A stretch of DNA of 64,000 nt from Eledone cirrhosa (Eukaryota), in the NCBI GenBank assembly GCA_964016885.1, contig OZ024741.1, forward strand, positions 212,722,001-212,786,000, given 5' to 3'. The position numbers and the translations under genes are program-made. Positions 44,088 to 56,709 of the stretch are shown here, in pieces (within the stretch, counting starts at the first letter, position 1; every line of letters starts with the position of its first letter). The notes beneath the pieces are model-generated. The model made no database searches, was not told where the DNA came from, and saw only the letters and a list, made by a program, of their open reading frames with translations.

Positions 44088-47000
44088 TCAGATATTCAGG
44101 ACGTATCGGAGGGTTCTTGCTGTTCCAAGCAAGCATGCCTTTTGAAGCGTTCCAAAAAGCGTGAAGGGGCCGATGTTCTTTAACCATCCCTGGAAACTTT
44201 TGGTGTTAGTCCCCAGTGCGCCTATGACAATCGGGATCACTTTGACTTCATGGCAGTTCCAAATCCTTTTCACCTCCCACTTTAGGTCCTGGTATCGGTT
44301 AATTTTCTCCCTCTCCTTCTCTTGCACTCTCGTGTCGAACGGGCAGGCCACATCCACAATCAGGCACGATCTTTTTTCTTTGTCCACAACCACCAGGTCA
44401 GGTCTATTGTGTTCCAGTTTTTTGTCCGTCTGTATCCTAAAATCCCACAGCACCTTCACCTGATTGTTCTCCATCACCGCCTCTGGCCTATGCTCATACC
44501 ATTTCTCAGAATGTGGTAGAATGTTTACTTTGCACAGGTGCCAGTGGATCACCCTGCCCATAACATCGTGTCTCCAGCCCTTATAGTGGGTCTGGGCTAG
44601 GTGTTTACACTCGGACACAATGTGAGCCACAGTCTCCTCTCTCTCTCCACAGATCCTGCACAGTGGGCTGGCCTCCTCCTTGCAGATATGGTGCTTCAAC
44701 CACTTCGTTTTGAGGGCCTGCTCCTGCGCAGCCATTAGCATTCCTTCTGTAGCCTTTTTGAGGTCTCCTCTTCTCAACCAGTTCCATGTCTGTGGATCTC
44801 TAAATTCAGTTTTCTCAAAGAAGGTACTATGAAGGGGTTTTCCCTTAAGGCTGCTCTTCCTCCTTGATGTTATTTCCTCCCTGGACATCCCCTGGCCTAC
44901 TGTCCCCTCCTTCAGTACAGCTCTGAGCATTGGCTCCTTACTATAGGTCACGTATTTGTATAGGTTGTTTTTCTCCATCTGAACACAGTCCTCTATGCTG
45001 ATAAGACCTCTTCCACCCTCAGATCTCCTTAGGTAGAGTCTATCGACATCACTCCTCTTGTGGAACATGTTGTAGATAGTCAATAGCTTCCTAGTCTTCC
45101 TATCCATTTCTTTCTGTTCAGCAACATTCCATCTCAGAATTCCCGCACTGTACCTAATAATAGACACAGCTCGGGAATTTACTGCGCTTATGGCATTTCT
45201 GCTGTTCAGATGTGACTTCAATACGCTCCTTACTCTCCGAATGTATTCAGTTCTTAACAATTCCTTCATTTTTTTGTTCTTTATGCCATCAGCCTCCAGA
45301 ACGCCCAAATACTTGTATCCTTCCTCAGAGTCAATTTCCTTTATCATCTCACCTGTTGGTATCTGGATCCCGTTACTTCTGCTGAACCTACCCCTCTTCA
45401 TCACAATGACTCCACATTTACCAATACCAAACTGCATACATATATCACTGCTGAAAATACGGACAGTGTCAACAAGCACATCCAACTCCTTCTCACTTTT
45501 CCCGAAGAGCTTAAGATCGTCCATGAAGAGGAGGTGATTGATGGTAAGCTCTCCCCTTCCCAACTTGTATCCTGCTCTCACTTTTCGCAGCATAATGGTC
45601 AAGGGCATCAGGGCAAGGACAAACAATAGAGGGGACAGGCTATCTCCCTGGAAGATACCTCTCTTGATCTTCACGCTTCCCAAGGATACTCCAGTTGATG
45701 TCAACTCTGTCTCCCAGGACCCCATACTCCTGCCTAGCAACTGTCTGATGTTATCCGCCACCCTGAAGATCTCCAGGCTTTTGGTGATCCAGGAATGAGG
45801 CACCATGTCAAATGCCTTTCTGTAGTCTATCCATCCCATAGCAAGATCAGTGTGTCTCCTCCTGCAATTCCCCATTACCATCTTATCAATAAGCAACTGG
45901 TCCTTTGTACCACGTGACTTCTTTCGGCATCCTTTCTGTTCGTCCGGTAACAAGTTGTTTGTGTGGAGGTGATGGTAGATTTCCTCAGACACAATGCTCG
46001 TCAACAGTTTCCACATTACGGGCAGACATGTGATAGGTCTATAGTTGGTAGCATCATTACCCTTGATTCGGTCTTTCATTATCAGAACTGTGGTACCTTT
46101 TGTCAACCACTCTGGCACCTCACCCGACACCAAGCAGTCATTGAACATGGCCGTCAGCTTCGGGTGGAGGGATGTTAGATGTTTAATCCAATACCCCTGC
46201 ACACCATCTGGGCCTGGCGATTTCCAGTTGGTTAGTTTTTTGGCTTGTCCCTTAAGAGTTTCAACTGTGATACTCAAATCAGTCTGTTGCTGTGCCTGCT
46301 CACCGATCTCCCTCTGTACTGTCTCAATCCACCCTGCCTGGGCATTGTGTCTAACATCCTGCTCCCATATTCCTCTCCAGAATGTTTTAGTTTGCTCCGC
46401 CCCAGGGATCAAGTCGTTGCCTCTTTCTTTGCCCTCAAGCTGTCCAAACAGCATCTTCTGGTTGTTGTCGAACATGCGGTTCTGTTTATACTGACTGACT
46501 CTGTTCTCGTATCGCCTGATTTTTGCACTCTTTGCTACAATGCGTTGCTTCAATTCCTCTATGATAATATTTAGGTTTTTACTCCTAGTTTTGTATTTTA
46601 TTTCCAGTCTATTTTTAGTGCCTATGTTTTTTAGTGTCCCATTCAGTAGTGACTCAAGCTTTCCTATGTCATTCCTCATTTCCCCGATTTGCCCACTCAG
46701 TCGCTTCTTCCACCACGGCTCTGCTCTTTCTTGTCTGTTGTTTCCTCTCGCTTTTATACCAAGTAGTTTCCTCACCGTATTTGCTGTTGCTTTGAGGATA
46801 TTGTTGCACTGGTGAAGACTCCTCGCCTCAAGGTATGGGATGACTTTGTTTACCTTAGCTGTTGTTTCTTTTAACTTTTTCCTGTCTACAAATCTTAGGT
46901 TCATAGGTCTCCCACTATCATTGTTCAATTCATCTACCACTAAATTTAGGATGTCAACCGAATCTTGTCCTAGCCCGTCAGCATTCATCTCCTCAGTGGC

Positions 47001-47480
47001 CGTATCTCTGTTCCAGGTATTATTTATCTCAGTACTCAGATCATTGTCTGCTTCGGGTGGTTCCTCCGTTCTCAGGACCTCCTCACCTTCATTTCCCACC
47101 GGCTCGCTTGTCTGGCATACTACACCCGCCATCTCCAAGCCATTCTCTCTGCTCAGTTCCTCCAGTTCCAGCTCGCTTATCCACCCATTAGTTCTTATTA
47201 CCCGAGCCTGCCCGGCCAATTTTTGTTCATCTAATTTAAATAAACCAATCTCGTTCCAGATGTTATGCATCCGTCTCCTGTAGCCCCTCTCCTTGGGGTT
47301 ACTTTTCAGGTAGCATTGCATAACAGTTCTATTCAATTCTTTCGTCCAGTTGGTTCTGGCCCCTTTCCTTCTTCTCCTTCCTCCAACATCAGCAGTATTT
47401 GGTTGACAGTCAGGTTCCTGCTGCTGAGCCAGGGGGCACCTGTTGGGTGAGAGTCTGTCACATGACGTTCTAGTCTCCAT
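44088..47480 (-). CDS. Intact R4/Dong-clade non-LTR retrotransposon ORF (RT + CCHC + restriction-like endonuclease), 1130 aa
   Basis: NYRPITCLP, EQKGCRK, WIDYRKAFDMVPH, GIFQGDSLSPLLF, HLLFMDDLKL, CRIC..HIVSEC, RHD, RPDLVV..DVACP..EKINRYQDL; ~75 bp 3' UTR ending in (TAA)n at ~44013. Confidence 0.95.
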   Translation of the reverse strand: METRTSCDRLSPNRCPLAQQQEPDCQPNTADVGGRRRRKGARTNWTKELNRTVMQCYLKSNPKERGYRRRMHNIWNEIGLFKLDEQKLAGQARVIRTNGWISELELEELSRENGLEMAGVVCQTSEPVGNEGEEVLRTEEPPEADNDLSTEINNTWNRDTATEEMNADGLGQDSVDILNLVVDELNNDSGRPMNLRFVDRKKLKETTAKVNKVIPYLEARSLHQCNNILKATANTVRKLLGIKARGNNRQERAEPWWKKRLSGQIGEMRNDIGKLESLLNGTLKNIGTKNRLEIKYKTRSKNLNIIIEELKQRIVAKSAKIRRYENRVSQYKQNRMFDNNQKMLFGQLEGKERGNDLIPGAEQTKTFWRGIWEQDVRHNAQAGWIETVQREIGEQAQQQTDLSITVETLKGQAKKLTNWKSPGPDGVQGYWIKHLTSLHPKLTAMFNDCLVSGEVPEWLTKGTTVLIMKDRIKGNDATNYRPITCLPVMWKLLTSIVSEEIYHHLHTNNLLPDEQKGCRKKSRGTKDQLLIDKMVMGNCRRRHTDLAMGWIDYRKAFDMVPHSWITKSLEIFRVADNIRQLLGRSMGSWETELTSTGVSLGSVKIKRGIFQGDSLSPLLFVLALMPLTIMLRKVRAGYKLGRGELTINHLLFMDDLKLFGKSEKELDVLVDTVRIFSSDICMQFGIGKCGVIVMKRGRFSRSNGIQIPTGEMIKEIDSEEGYKYLGVLEADGIKNKKMKELLRTEYIRRVRSVLKSHLNSRNAISAVNSRAVSIIRYSAGILRWNVAEQKEMDRKTRKLLTIYNMFHKRSDVDRLYLRRSEGGRGLISIEDCVQMEKNNLYKYVTYSKEPMLRAVLKEGTVGQGMSREEITSRRKSSLKGKPLHSTFFEKTEFRDPQTWNWLRRGDLKKATEGMLMAAQEQALKTKWLKHHICKEEASPLCRICGEREETVAHIVSECKHLAQTHYKGWRHDVMGRVIHWHLCKVNILPHSEKWYEHRPEAVMENNQVKVLWDFRIQTDKKLEHNRPDLVVVDKEKRSCLIVDVACPFDTRVQEKEREKINRYQDLKWEVKRIWNCHEVKVIPIVIGALGTNTKSFQGWLKNIGPFTLFGTLQKACLLGTARTLRYVLNI

Positions 47481-47909
47481 TTCACCGTTATTCGAACTGT
47501 TTATGTTCGATATTTAAACACTCTTATCGAGGATTGGCGAATGTATGTTTACATAGCCATCTGTGGATCCGCCATCCCACTTGGCCCTTGTGTGGCATTA
47601 TCACCACGCTGTATACGAACACACATAAATAAACAAACACACAGGCAGAAAGGGCCCCAGAAATGAATAAGCATAAGTTTCATTGTAATGTAGTGTTCGA
47701 ATGTCTGACTTAGTTTTAGTTTTTTAAGTTTTACTTTTTCCCCCCTCTTCTCTGTCCGTCCGCCTGCTTCTCTCTTCATTCTTATTTTCTTTACGTTTTG
47801 GGGGTTTCTTTTTTTTTTGTTTTTGTTTTTCTCTGTTTGTTTTTCTCGTTTTTTGCTGTTGTTGCTGTGCTGCTTTGGTTTTGTTGTTTGTTTTTTCTTT
47901 ATTCTTTTG

Positions 47910-48510
47910 GGTCTATCTATATATTTTGATGCCTTCCTCTTTGTTAGTAGTAGGAATTCTATACTGTGGAAGTAGCAGCCAGCAGGGAAGTGGGAGACTG
48001 GCGGCGTTAGCGATACTGAGACAGTGGTGGTGGTGATGTCGATACCGAGGCAGTGGTGGCGGTGATGTGACCGTATTACTGTAGTGATGGTGCTGTAGCG
48101 GAGTCAAGGGGTGGTGGCGGCGGTGCTGGGATAGTGGTGGTAATGATGGCCGTAGTGAGCGGTGGCGGTGAAGGTGAAAATGTGTCATTATCTGGCTGTT
48201 GTGTTTAGTGTACACAGATGATGGGGTGGGTGGTGTATCTAGTTTCTGGTGTTGGTGAGTTTAGCTGTCCTATATAGTGTAGCCAGAGGAGAGGAGGGGA
48301 GGGGTTCTTCTTCCATTTATAGCCATTTTTTTTTTTTTTTTGGATATACAGTGTACAGTACAAAGTTGAATATTTGAATATTTGAGCCTTATAACAATAT
48401 ATTTTGGGTCCGAATTTTTTGGGGCTCAAGCCGGGTGCTTTACGTAGCATTTGTGCTAAGAGTTGTTATTTCACAAATGGTTTAAATATGTTATTATATG
48501 GTTTAAATAT
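47910..48510 (-). repeat. Unclassified repeat, inverted copy of 38925-39580
   Basis: See partner. Confidence 0.65.
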
Positions 48511-48531
48511 GTATTATTATTATTATTATTA

Positions 48532-49040
48532 TTTGCATTTATCTTGCTTTATGTTTATACGAGTTATCACCAAGTCACAACCAGTGACCTCAAGAGACAA
48601 CAAGGTCCGCCATGTTCAAGAAAGAACACACATATTCACACATGCATCCTTAGTGTTTAGACTTGTGATGTACTTATATTGACAGGATCTTCCTTAGTAT
48701 ATGGGCAGTTCCCATTAGTACTATCTTTTGTATTTCTCCTATACGCGGGTTTCCTGGGATTTGCGATAAGTAGTCGTTAGACCCCTTAGGTATCATTCCC
48801 AGAGCGCCTACAACCACTGGTATTGTTTTAGTTCTCAATTTCCACATTTTTCCAATTTCTATCTCCAGGTCCTTATACTTGCTCAATTTTTCAAATGTTT
48901 TTATAGATACATTCTTGTCTATTGGAACAGACATATCAATTAGCAGGCATACCCTCCTTTGAAAGTCCTTCAATATTATATCAGGTCTATTTGCATCTAT
49001 TTTTCGGTCTGTTTGGATGCTAAAGTTCCACAAGATTGAG
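48532..49040 (-). mobile_element. 5'-truncated R4 copy (RLE domain + 3' UTR) of the 39830-43605 family
   Basis: WNFSIQTDRKIDANRPDIIL..DMSVP..KYKDL..PVVVGALG; (TAA)n on both sides. Confidence 0.9.
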
Positions 49041-49048
49041 ATGTGATC

Positions 49049-49176
<128 letters not shown>

Positions 49177-49877
49177 TACAGTTTTTGTTATTGGAAGCAA
49201 GAGATCAAAGCAATCGATAGTTATACTATCTGCATGTATGAAAACATATACTATAGATAAAATAACATCGATCTCCCTTTCATACAAACAATTCTATTTA
49301 CAATGCTCAACAATTCGTAAGCCTTAGCAATAATATGTTGCAAAACCATCATAACTGAAGAACTACAAAAAAACAAAGCAAGATGGATTTGTGACTTGAC
49401 CGCTTATGGCTGACAGACTGATATAGTTGCGTTCTCTGGTAGATATGTTTGCGCTTTGTATTTAAGTTTATTTTTTCTGATGCAGATTTGAAATATAGAT
49501 TAATATCAAGGTCTAAATGCACCAATGATTTACTGCAAGTTGCTATTGAAGAAATCAAGAAGGGGAAAATGGATTATTAAATATGAATTTTACACCCTTA
49601 TATTTCACTACTGCACTCTGTTTACTTTCTTCTGTTCATGTATTTGTTCATCATTTGTTCATACAGACACACACATACACGCGTATATATATATATGTAT
49701 ATGTCAACACATATATATATATATATATATACAAATGTAAGTATGTATACGTACATACATATATGTATAGAGACGTATATATATATATGTATACAAATGT
49801 ATACATATATATATATATTTATTCATTTAACACACACATATATATGAATTTATATATATATATATATATATTTATAA

Positions 49878-50000
<123 letters not shown>

Positions 50001-50381
50001 TATATATATTGTTTCTGTATCTCTTTTGCAAGATTTACCAAATCTAACAGTGTGTGTGTGTGTATGTATGTATGTGTGTGTGTGTGTGTGCGTGTGTGTG
50101 CGCATCTGTGTGTGATGTATTTATTGAACAGTTTTACCTTCAAACGTGACATGTCTCAAGTTTCATCTTTTTTTATTAAATATATTTCATATGTTCTCAT
50201 AAATTCTTTGTTTGATATGGAACAATAGTGTTTCTAGATCCATAAGTATATTGACGCTTCGAGTTCATCATATCCTCCTTTACTGAATAAGAATTATACT
50301 ATTTCTGAGTTACTTTTCCCATTCAAACCACATCAAACACCTTCCCCGTCTATATGTACGTATATACATAAATATATACAT

Positions 50382-50480
<99 letters not shown>

Positions 50481-50530
50481 TACACACACACATATATATA
50501 TATATATTTAAATATATATATATAAATATA

Positions 50531-51127
50531 TAAAATCAAGGGAGTGTAAACACAGAAAATATCTTTAAAAATAATAATAAATAATTAAATTCCAAAAAAT
50601 TCACTGTACTTACTATATGTGCCCTTACCGTGGTTTCAGATCCCAAATAAATAGACAATCGAAGTAGATTTCCATTGAGAAAGAGATTATCATCAGAAGG
50701 CTTTTCTCTCTCGGAGAATGTAAAATTCCCGAGTTCAAATTACAAACTAACGCCATACCAAACTGCCTCAAAATGAGTCAGTTATGGTTAGGAACGCGTG
50801 CAAAGGCGGAAGCACGTTGGACAGGTCAATTTAATGCTACTAAAAATAGCAGCTATACGAATGACCAAAGGTGTCTCTACCATTGGGGAGAATAATAATA
50901 AAAGTATGTGTCCTTATGTAATTAATACATACAGGGGTACAAGTAAATACAGTGAATTTTTTGGAATTTAATTATATATTATTATTTTTTAAAATATTTT
51001 CTGTGTTTACACTCCTTTGATTTTAAATGTTCTGGCTTGTTAATTTATTAACTTGCTATTGAACCACACTGGCATACGGACTATACTTGTATCCCTGTAT
51101 GTATTAATTACATATAGGACACATAAT
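50531..51127. mobile_element. Non-coding HHR element family D with inverted arm
   Basis: 50531-50612 is inverted at 50942-51025 and 50905-50945 is inverted at 51084-51125. HHR on - at 50621-50701: gcctt CTGATGA t aatctc..gggatc t GAAA ccacgg TA agggc. Confidence 0.75.
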
Positions 51128-51158
51128 TCTATTATATAAATATATATCCAAAATTAAA

Positions 51159-51417
<259 letters not shown>

Positions 51418-51431
51418 AAGCACGCAAATAT

Positions 51432-52320
51432 TTATTTCAAGTCATCTCTCACAAAGTTTTCAGGCAGTAAAGAACCTTGAACACGTGGTAATATTCCAGA
51501 CGTCAGTTGTCCATTCTTCGTGTGTTCTTCATCCAGATCTAGCGCTCGGTCAAAGAGACGTACGTTCTCTGGAATGACATGTCGTATGCAAGGCACCCAC
51601 ACCGGTTGGGCGTCTCTCTCCTTGTCATCGTCGTTTCGGTAGTTGAGGAAATTCCAAGTGCGCTGCCGTAGTATGTTCCTGCACATCAATACAATTGTTT
51701 CCTGAAGTCTATCAATGAGTGAACGTTTATATGAGATTGATTCTCTGATCTGTAGTGCTTGTCCTTTACAGGAAAACTGGAAGAGCATGCGTTACAATCT
51801 GATTAGGGCTTTCATGGCGGTCAGGTGATAGTACACCATCGAAAGGATGTAGTTCGTTACCAACTACACCAGTCCTTTGAGGGGCAGCGTTTTTTCTGCA
51901 TATTTTCGTGAAAATTTGACTCCTTTGTTCATGACCTCCTGGGAATATTTGTTCACCTGGAGATTTGCTACGAAACAGTCACTTTTCCATGTTTAGGTGT
52001 GGGCCTGCCTCTGTACGATTGGCAAGCTCACTGACTTGTCCCTTTTAAAGCAAACTCATGTGACCTGCAATACGGTGTCCACTGTCTCTATATCTGAAGT
52101 GTCCGCATCATGTCAGTTGTGTCATCTGTGTATGTCAACAAGGGTTTCTTGCGACTAAGTCCAAAGGCAATTATTCTTAACATATCGGCTTTTCCTCTGG
52201 ATGACTGCGTTTCTTGCGGTCGACCAAGTTCCAGAAATGAAGCAGTGCTCTTTCGGAAGGGACTCCACCTAAATGTAAGAACGGTTTTCCTGCATTGATA
52301 GTGGTGGTTGTAGATGACGT
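51432..52320 (-). pseudogene. L1/Tx1-like RT relic
   Basis: Across frames: LTYTDDTT, KRDKSVSL, NLQVNKYSQEV, LPLKGLV*LVTNYILSMVYYHL..RMLFQFSCKG, resembling the L1/Tx1 YADD..SLKGR..YI.S..F.FLWKG region. Confidence 0.6.
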
Positions 52321-52364
52321 TTGTGATTGTAGTATGCTTATACACACACACACACGAGCGCGCA

Positions 52365-52420
<56 letters not shown>

Positions 52421-52423
<3 letters not shown>

Positions 52424-52565
52424 AAACGAAGGAAGTGTGGTAAGGAACCAAGTGGACTATAACGCATCAGAGTACTCAATACTTAGGGTAGTAGAGTGGT
52501 TAATAGGAAAAAGTTCAAGACCCCAACGACAGGGCTCAAACCATTTCGACGGCTATTTCTGGATA
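52421..52565 (-). mobile_element. PLE-type 3' tail fragment
   Basis: rc of 59610-59742; related to 33190-33240. Confidence 0.65.
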
Positions 52566-52629
52566 TATATATATCCCGGCATTCGTGGTCCCGATGTTAG
52601 CGGTCCTGGTTATTCGCAGAATCTTTTTC

Positions 52630-53030
52630 AGAACCTAACTAATAATTGTTTCATCCGAGCACAAGGCTGGAATCATCGGAGTATATAATAAAGGTTGAAA
52701 CGCAAATATAATATAGGAGGTTTGTCATAAGAACATTAGGATGATACATAATATGGGGAGTATGCATAAGTATCAACATTTATATAAGAAAAGATAGCAA
52801 AGGCGCAAGAATCGTATGAAAAATATAGCATATAAATGGAATCAAATAAAATTAGGAGTAGCAAAAAGCATTAAAAATAAAAAAAACAGGCTGCTGTTAT
52901 ATTTGTGTTTTATTATTATATGTGTTTTAACCTTTATTATAAACTCCGATGATTCCGTCCTTGTGCTAGGATGAAACGATCGCAAATGATTATATGTTTT
53001 AAACACTGTTTGATTGTTATTTATAACGTA
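52630..53030. mobile_element. Inverted pair of HHR relics
   Basis: 52638-52696 (-) and 52929-52987 (+): act CCGATGA t tcc..gga t GAAA caatta/cgatcg. Confidence 0.5.
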
Positions 53031-53045
53031 TATATATATATATAC

Positions 53046-53583
<538 letters not shown>

Positions 53584-53680
53584 GTATTCACATATATATA
53601 CATATGTATCTATATATTTATATATATATATATATAAACATATATATCTATCTATAAACATACATATATATATATATATA

Positions 53681-53912
53681 TGAATGTATTAGTGTATTTT
53701 GCAATACACTGTATGCTTAATTAAAAACGTCTCACTTACTTTAAATTTTCAGCAAACAGGGGAGCATTTTTGCTGAAAATTTAAAGTGAGGCTGTAACTA
53801 CTCTAAAACAATAGCGTAAGGTCTTCGAAATGTTTTTAATTAAGCATACAGTTTATTGCAAAATACACTATATATATATTCATATATATATCGCTATTTC
53901 AGAACACCAATA
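53681..53912. mobile_element. Short foldback element (family F)
   Basis: IR 53681-53728 / 53832-53883; other copies at 10030-10230 and 55436-55727. Confidence 0.65.
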
Positions 53913-53920
53913 TATATATA

Positions 53921-54795
53921 AGGAAAAAAGATGAAATCGAAAATGCAACTGGAGTCGTTTTTTTTTAAATATATATTTATTTGGTTCCTTTACCTATTTC
54001 GCAGTGCTTGAGCTTTTCAAAAGTAGAATTTAGATGGAGGGTTTGTGGTTTTTCTCGCATTGGATTGGTGTTCGAATGTTACTTCTGTTTTATATGGAAA
54101 AAAGTGGCTCGAAATGCTAGGTTTTTAGAAAAGTAATTTTTTCTTGACCACTGGTTTGGCACAACATTCTCTAAATGGCTACAAAAAAATTCAAAAATAC
54201 GGGCACGAAATTTAATGTACGTGTTCACGTGACAGTCATAATTTCATTTATACCCAATCAAATTACATTTATAAAAAAAAGCCTTCGTAAGCCATATATT
54301 TTTAAGTAAAAATAAATTCAAACTCAAACTGGCGCGAAAGCTGATGTGCTTATTCACGTGACTGCATTAACCAACCAAATTTCACTCATGTATGAAAAAA
54401 CAATCTGAGCCCCCCCTTTTTTTAAAGGCAAATATAATAAGAACTTTGTAACGCGAACTGGTGCGAAATTTATTATACTTATTCAGATGAGAGTCATCAA
54501 CCAACCAAATTACTTCTCTAAAAACCTAGCATTTCGAGCCACTTTTTTCCATATAAAAAAGAAGTAACATTTGAGCACCAACCAGATGCGAGAAAAACCA
54601 CAGACTCTCCATCTCAATTCTAATTTTGAAAAGCACAAGAACTGCGAAACCGGTAAAGGAACCAAATAAATATATATATATTTTTTAAAAGACTCCAGTT
54701 GCATTTTCGATTTCATCTTTTTTTTTCTTTATACTTTCACCCTTGTAGGACATCTCGTTTTTTTTTCATTTTGTAAAAGAAACCTCACTTTCTAG
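53921..54795. mobile_element. Inverted-arm element (family G) with U3-A8 HHR motifs and internal ~130 bp repeats
   Basis: IR 53921-54138 / 54508-54730; TTGAAAA gca..tgc GAAA ccgg TA at 54618-54661 (+) and 53985-54028 (-); subrepeats at ~54201, 54331 and 54461. Confidence 0.7.
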
Positions 54796-54803
54796 TATAT
54801 ATA

Positions 54804-54851
<48 letters not shown>

Positions 54852-54924
54852 TTTATTTTATCGACCCCGTAAGGCTGAAAGGCAAAGTCAACCTCGGCGG
54901 GATTTGAAACATTCGATTCAGATG

Positions 54925-55328
54925 ACATTTATTGTATTCACAATGTAGAGCGAAATTTTCTTTTTCATTTGAATTTGGCAAAGCCGGCCATTTATCGCTC
55001 GTATACAGGAAACTGACTGGCCAGTCTGCTGATATACGAATCTGGCTGATCAGTGGACCTGCTGATATGCAGATCTGACTGATCAGTCACTGTTTATTTT
55101 AGAAAATAGCATATATTTTCACTAGTTCTGACAGTTGGCAGGTAAAAAGTGAGCTGTACTGATGAAGGGTGATACCAAGAAATATTAGTGTCTGCTGTTC
55201 TGTATACATGCCAAAACAAGAGCAAGAATGAAGGGTTCATTCTACTGACATGGCTTTAAAAATGAGGCTTGTTTGCATAATTGCAAGCGAAACGAATGTT
55301 AATATTAATATTCGAAAAACGCATATTA
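54925..55328 (+). mobile_element. Non-coding HHR element family C
   Basis: HHR at 55151-55200: gagctgta CTGATGA a gggt gat acc aa GAAA tattagtg TC tgctgttc; homologous to rc of 59770-60300. Confidence 0.75.
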
Positions 55329-55435
55329 CTGTTACTATATATATATATTTATTAACATAACAGATTAAAGTTTAAGCAAAGAATCGGTGCTTTCACCCTT
55401 AACGGGATCTTCTGAAACTAAAAAAGTATATATAT

Positions 55436-55727
55436 TAGAATTGGTGCTCTGAATTAGGGATGTATACATGAAGATATATATATAATATTTGGCAATATAT
55501 TGAATGCTTAATTAAACAAATTTTGAAGACATTCCGCTATTATTTTAAAGTAGTGACTATCTATATTACTTACTTCTTTTTTCAACAGTCTGTCAGCTTA
55601 TCTCCCTTTGGTTGTTGTAAAAAGAAGTGACATAGTCACTACTTTAAAATAATACCGCAAGGTCTTCAAAATATTTTTAATTAAGCATACAGTATATTGC
55701 CAAATATACTATATATATACATTCATA
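55436..55727. mobile_element. Family F foldback
   Basis: IR 55460-55560 / 55632-55727. Confidence 0.65.
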
Positions 55728-56709
55728 TATATATATATATATTTCGTTTCTGAATTTGTTTAGCAAGATTCTTTATCTGAAATCGTGTGTTGAAACCGAT
55801 ATTGTTATACTTTGGGAGGGTCATGTTGCCAATAAGAAACACACGCACCAGTTGCTTTCACTTCAATTTATTATATATTTATAAATTTATAAATCTACAA
55901 ACTTATAAATTTCTGGTTGGTTGGTTCTACAACCAGATAGTTGTTTATATATAGTAATAGTCCTTTCGTCACACACTCTGTGACCTCTTCAGTGACTGGG
56001 GATTCCTTTCTTTGTTTCTGTGCCTTTCCTTTCTTCTGTCCTACGCCATTTTGTTTCTGTGTGTGTGTTGTGTGCTCAGTTTGCGCATGCGCCACATCCG
56101 GGTGTCTGAGTGTGTTTGTGTTCATTTATCTATTTGTTTATTTATTTATTTATTTATTTACATGTTGTTGGTTGGTTGTTTGTTCTATGTGTGTGTGTGT
56201 TTTCATTTTTTCCTTAATTGTAAGTTGTGATGTTGCTGTTCCACACATATTTTCTATTTAATTTTGGTTGTAATTCTTTTATGCTTACTGCCTCTGTAAT
56301 TTGCCTAAACATTGCATCTTTTCTGTGTGTGGATTCTATTTTTATTTCTATGTTCTCTAATTTACCCTTGTGTTCTATCTTAGCATGTTGGTAGAGCACA
56401 GATGATTCTTTATTATCTTGAAGGTCTCGCCAGTGTTCATTTATTCCCCTATACTACGAGCTGTCTCACCTATGTACACTATATGTTTGTTTCTACATTG
56501 TCCTTCAGTACATCTTATGCTATACACTACATTTCTAGTTTTACAGTTAATATGGGGGCTTATTTTACAGGTAATACATTTCTTATCTATACATGAGGGT
56601 CTTTGGAACGGGTATGTCTTGCTAATAAGTGTTTTTACGGAGGTACCTGGTATTTCTACTATCTTAATATTGAGTTTATGTTTATTTAGGGCCCTTCTAA
56701 ATTTGTAAT

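Noticed and set aside
44161-47450. Series of + strand ORFs
   Set aside because: Antisense shadows of the R4 ORF.
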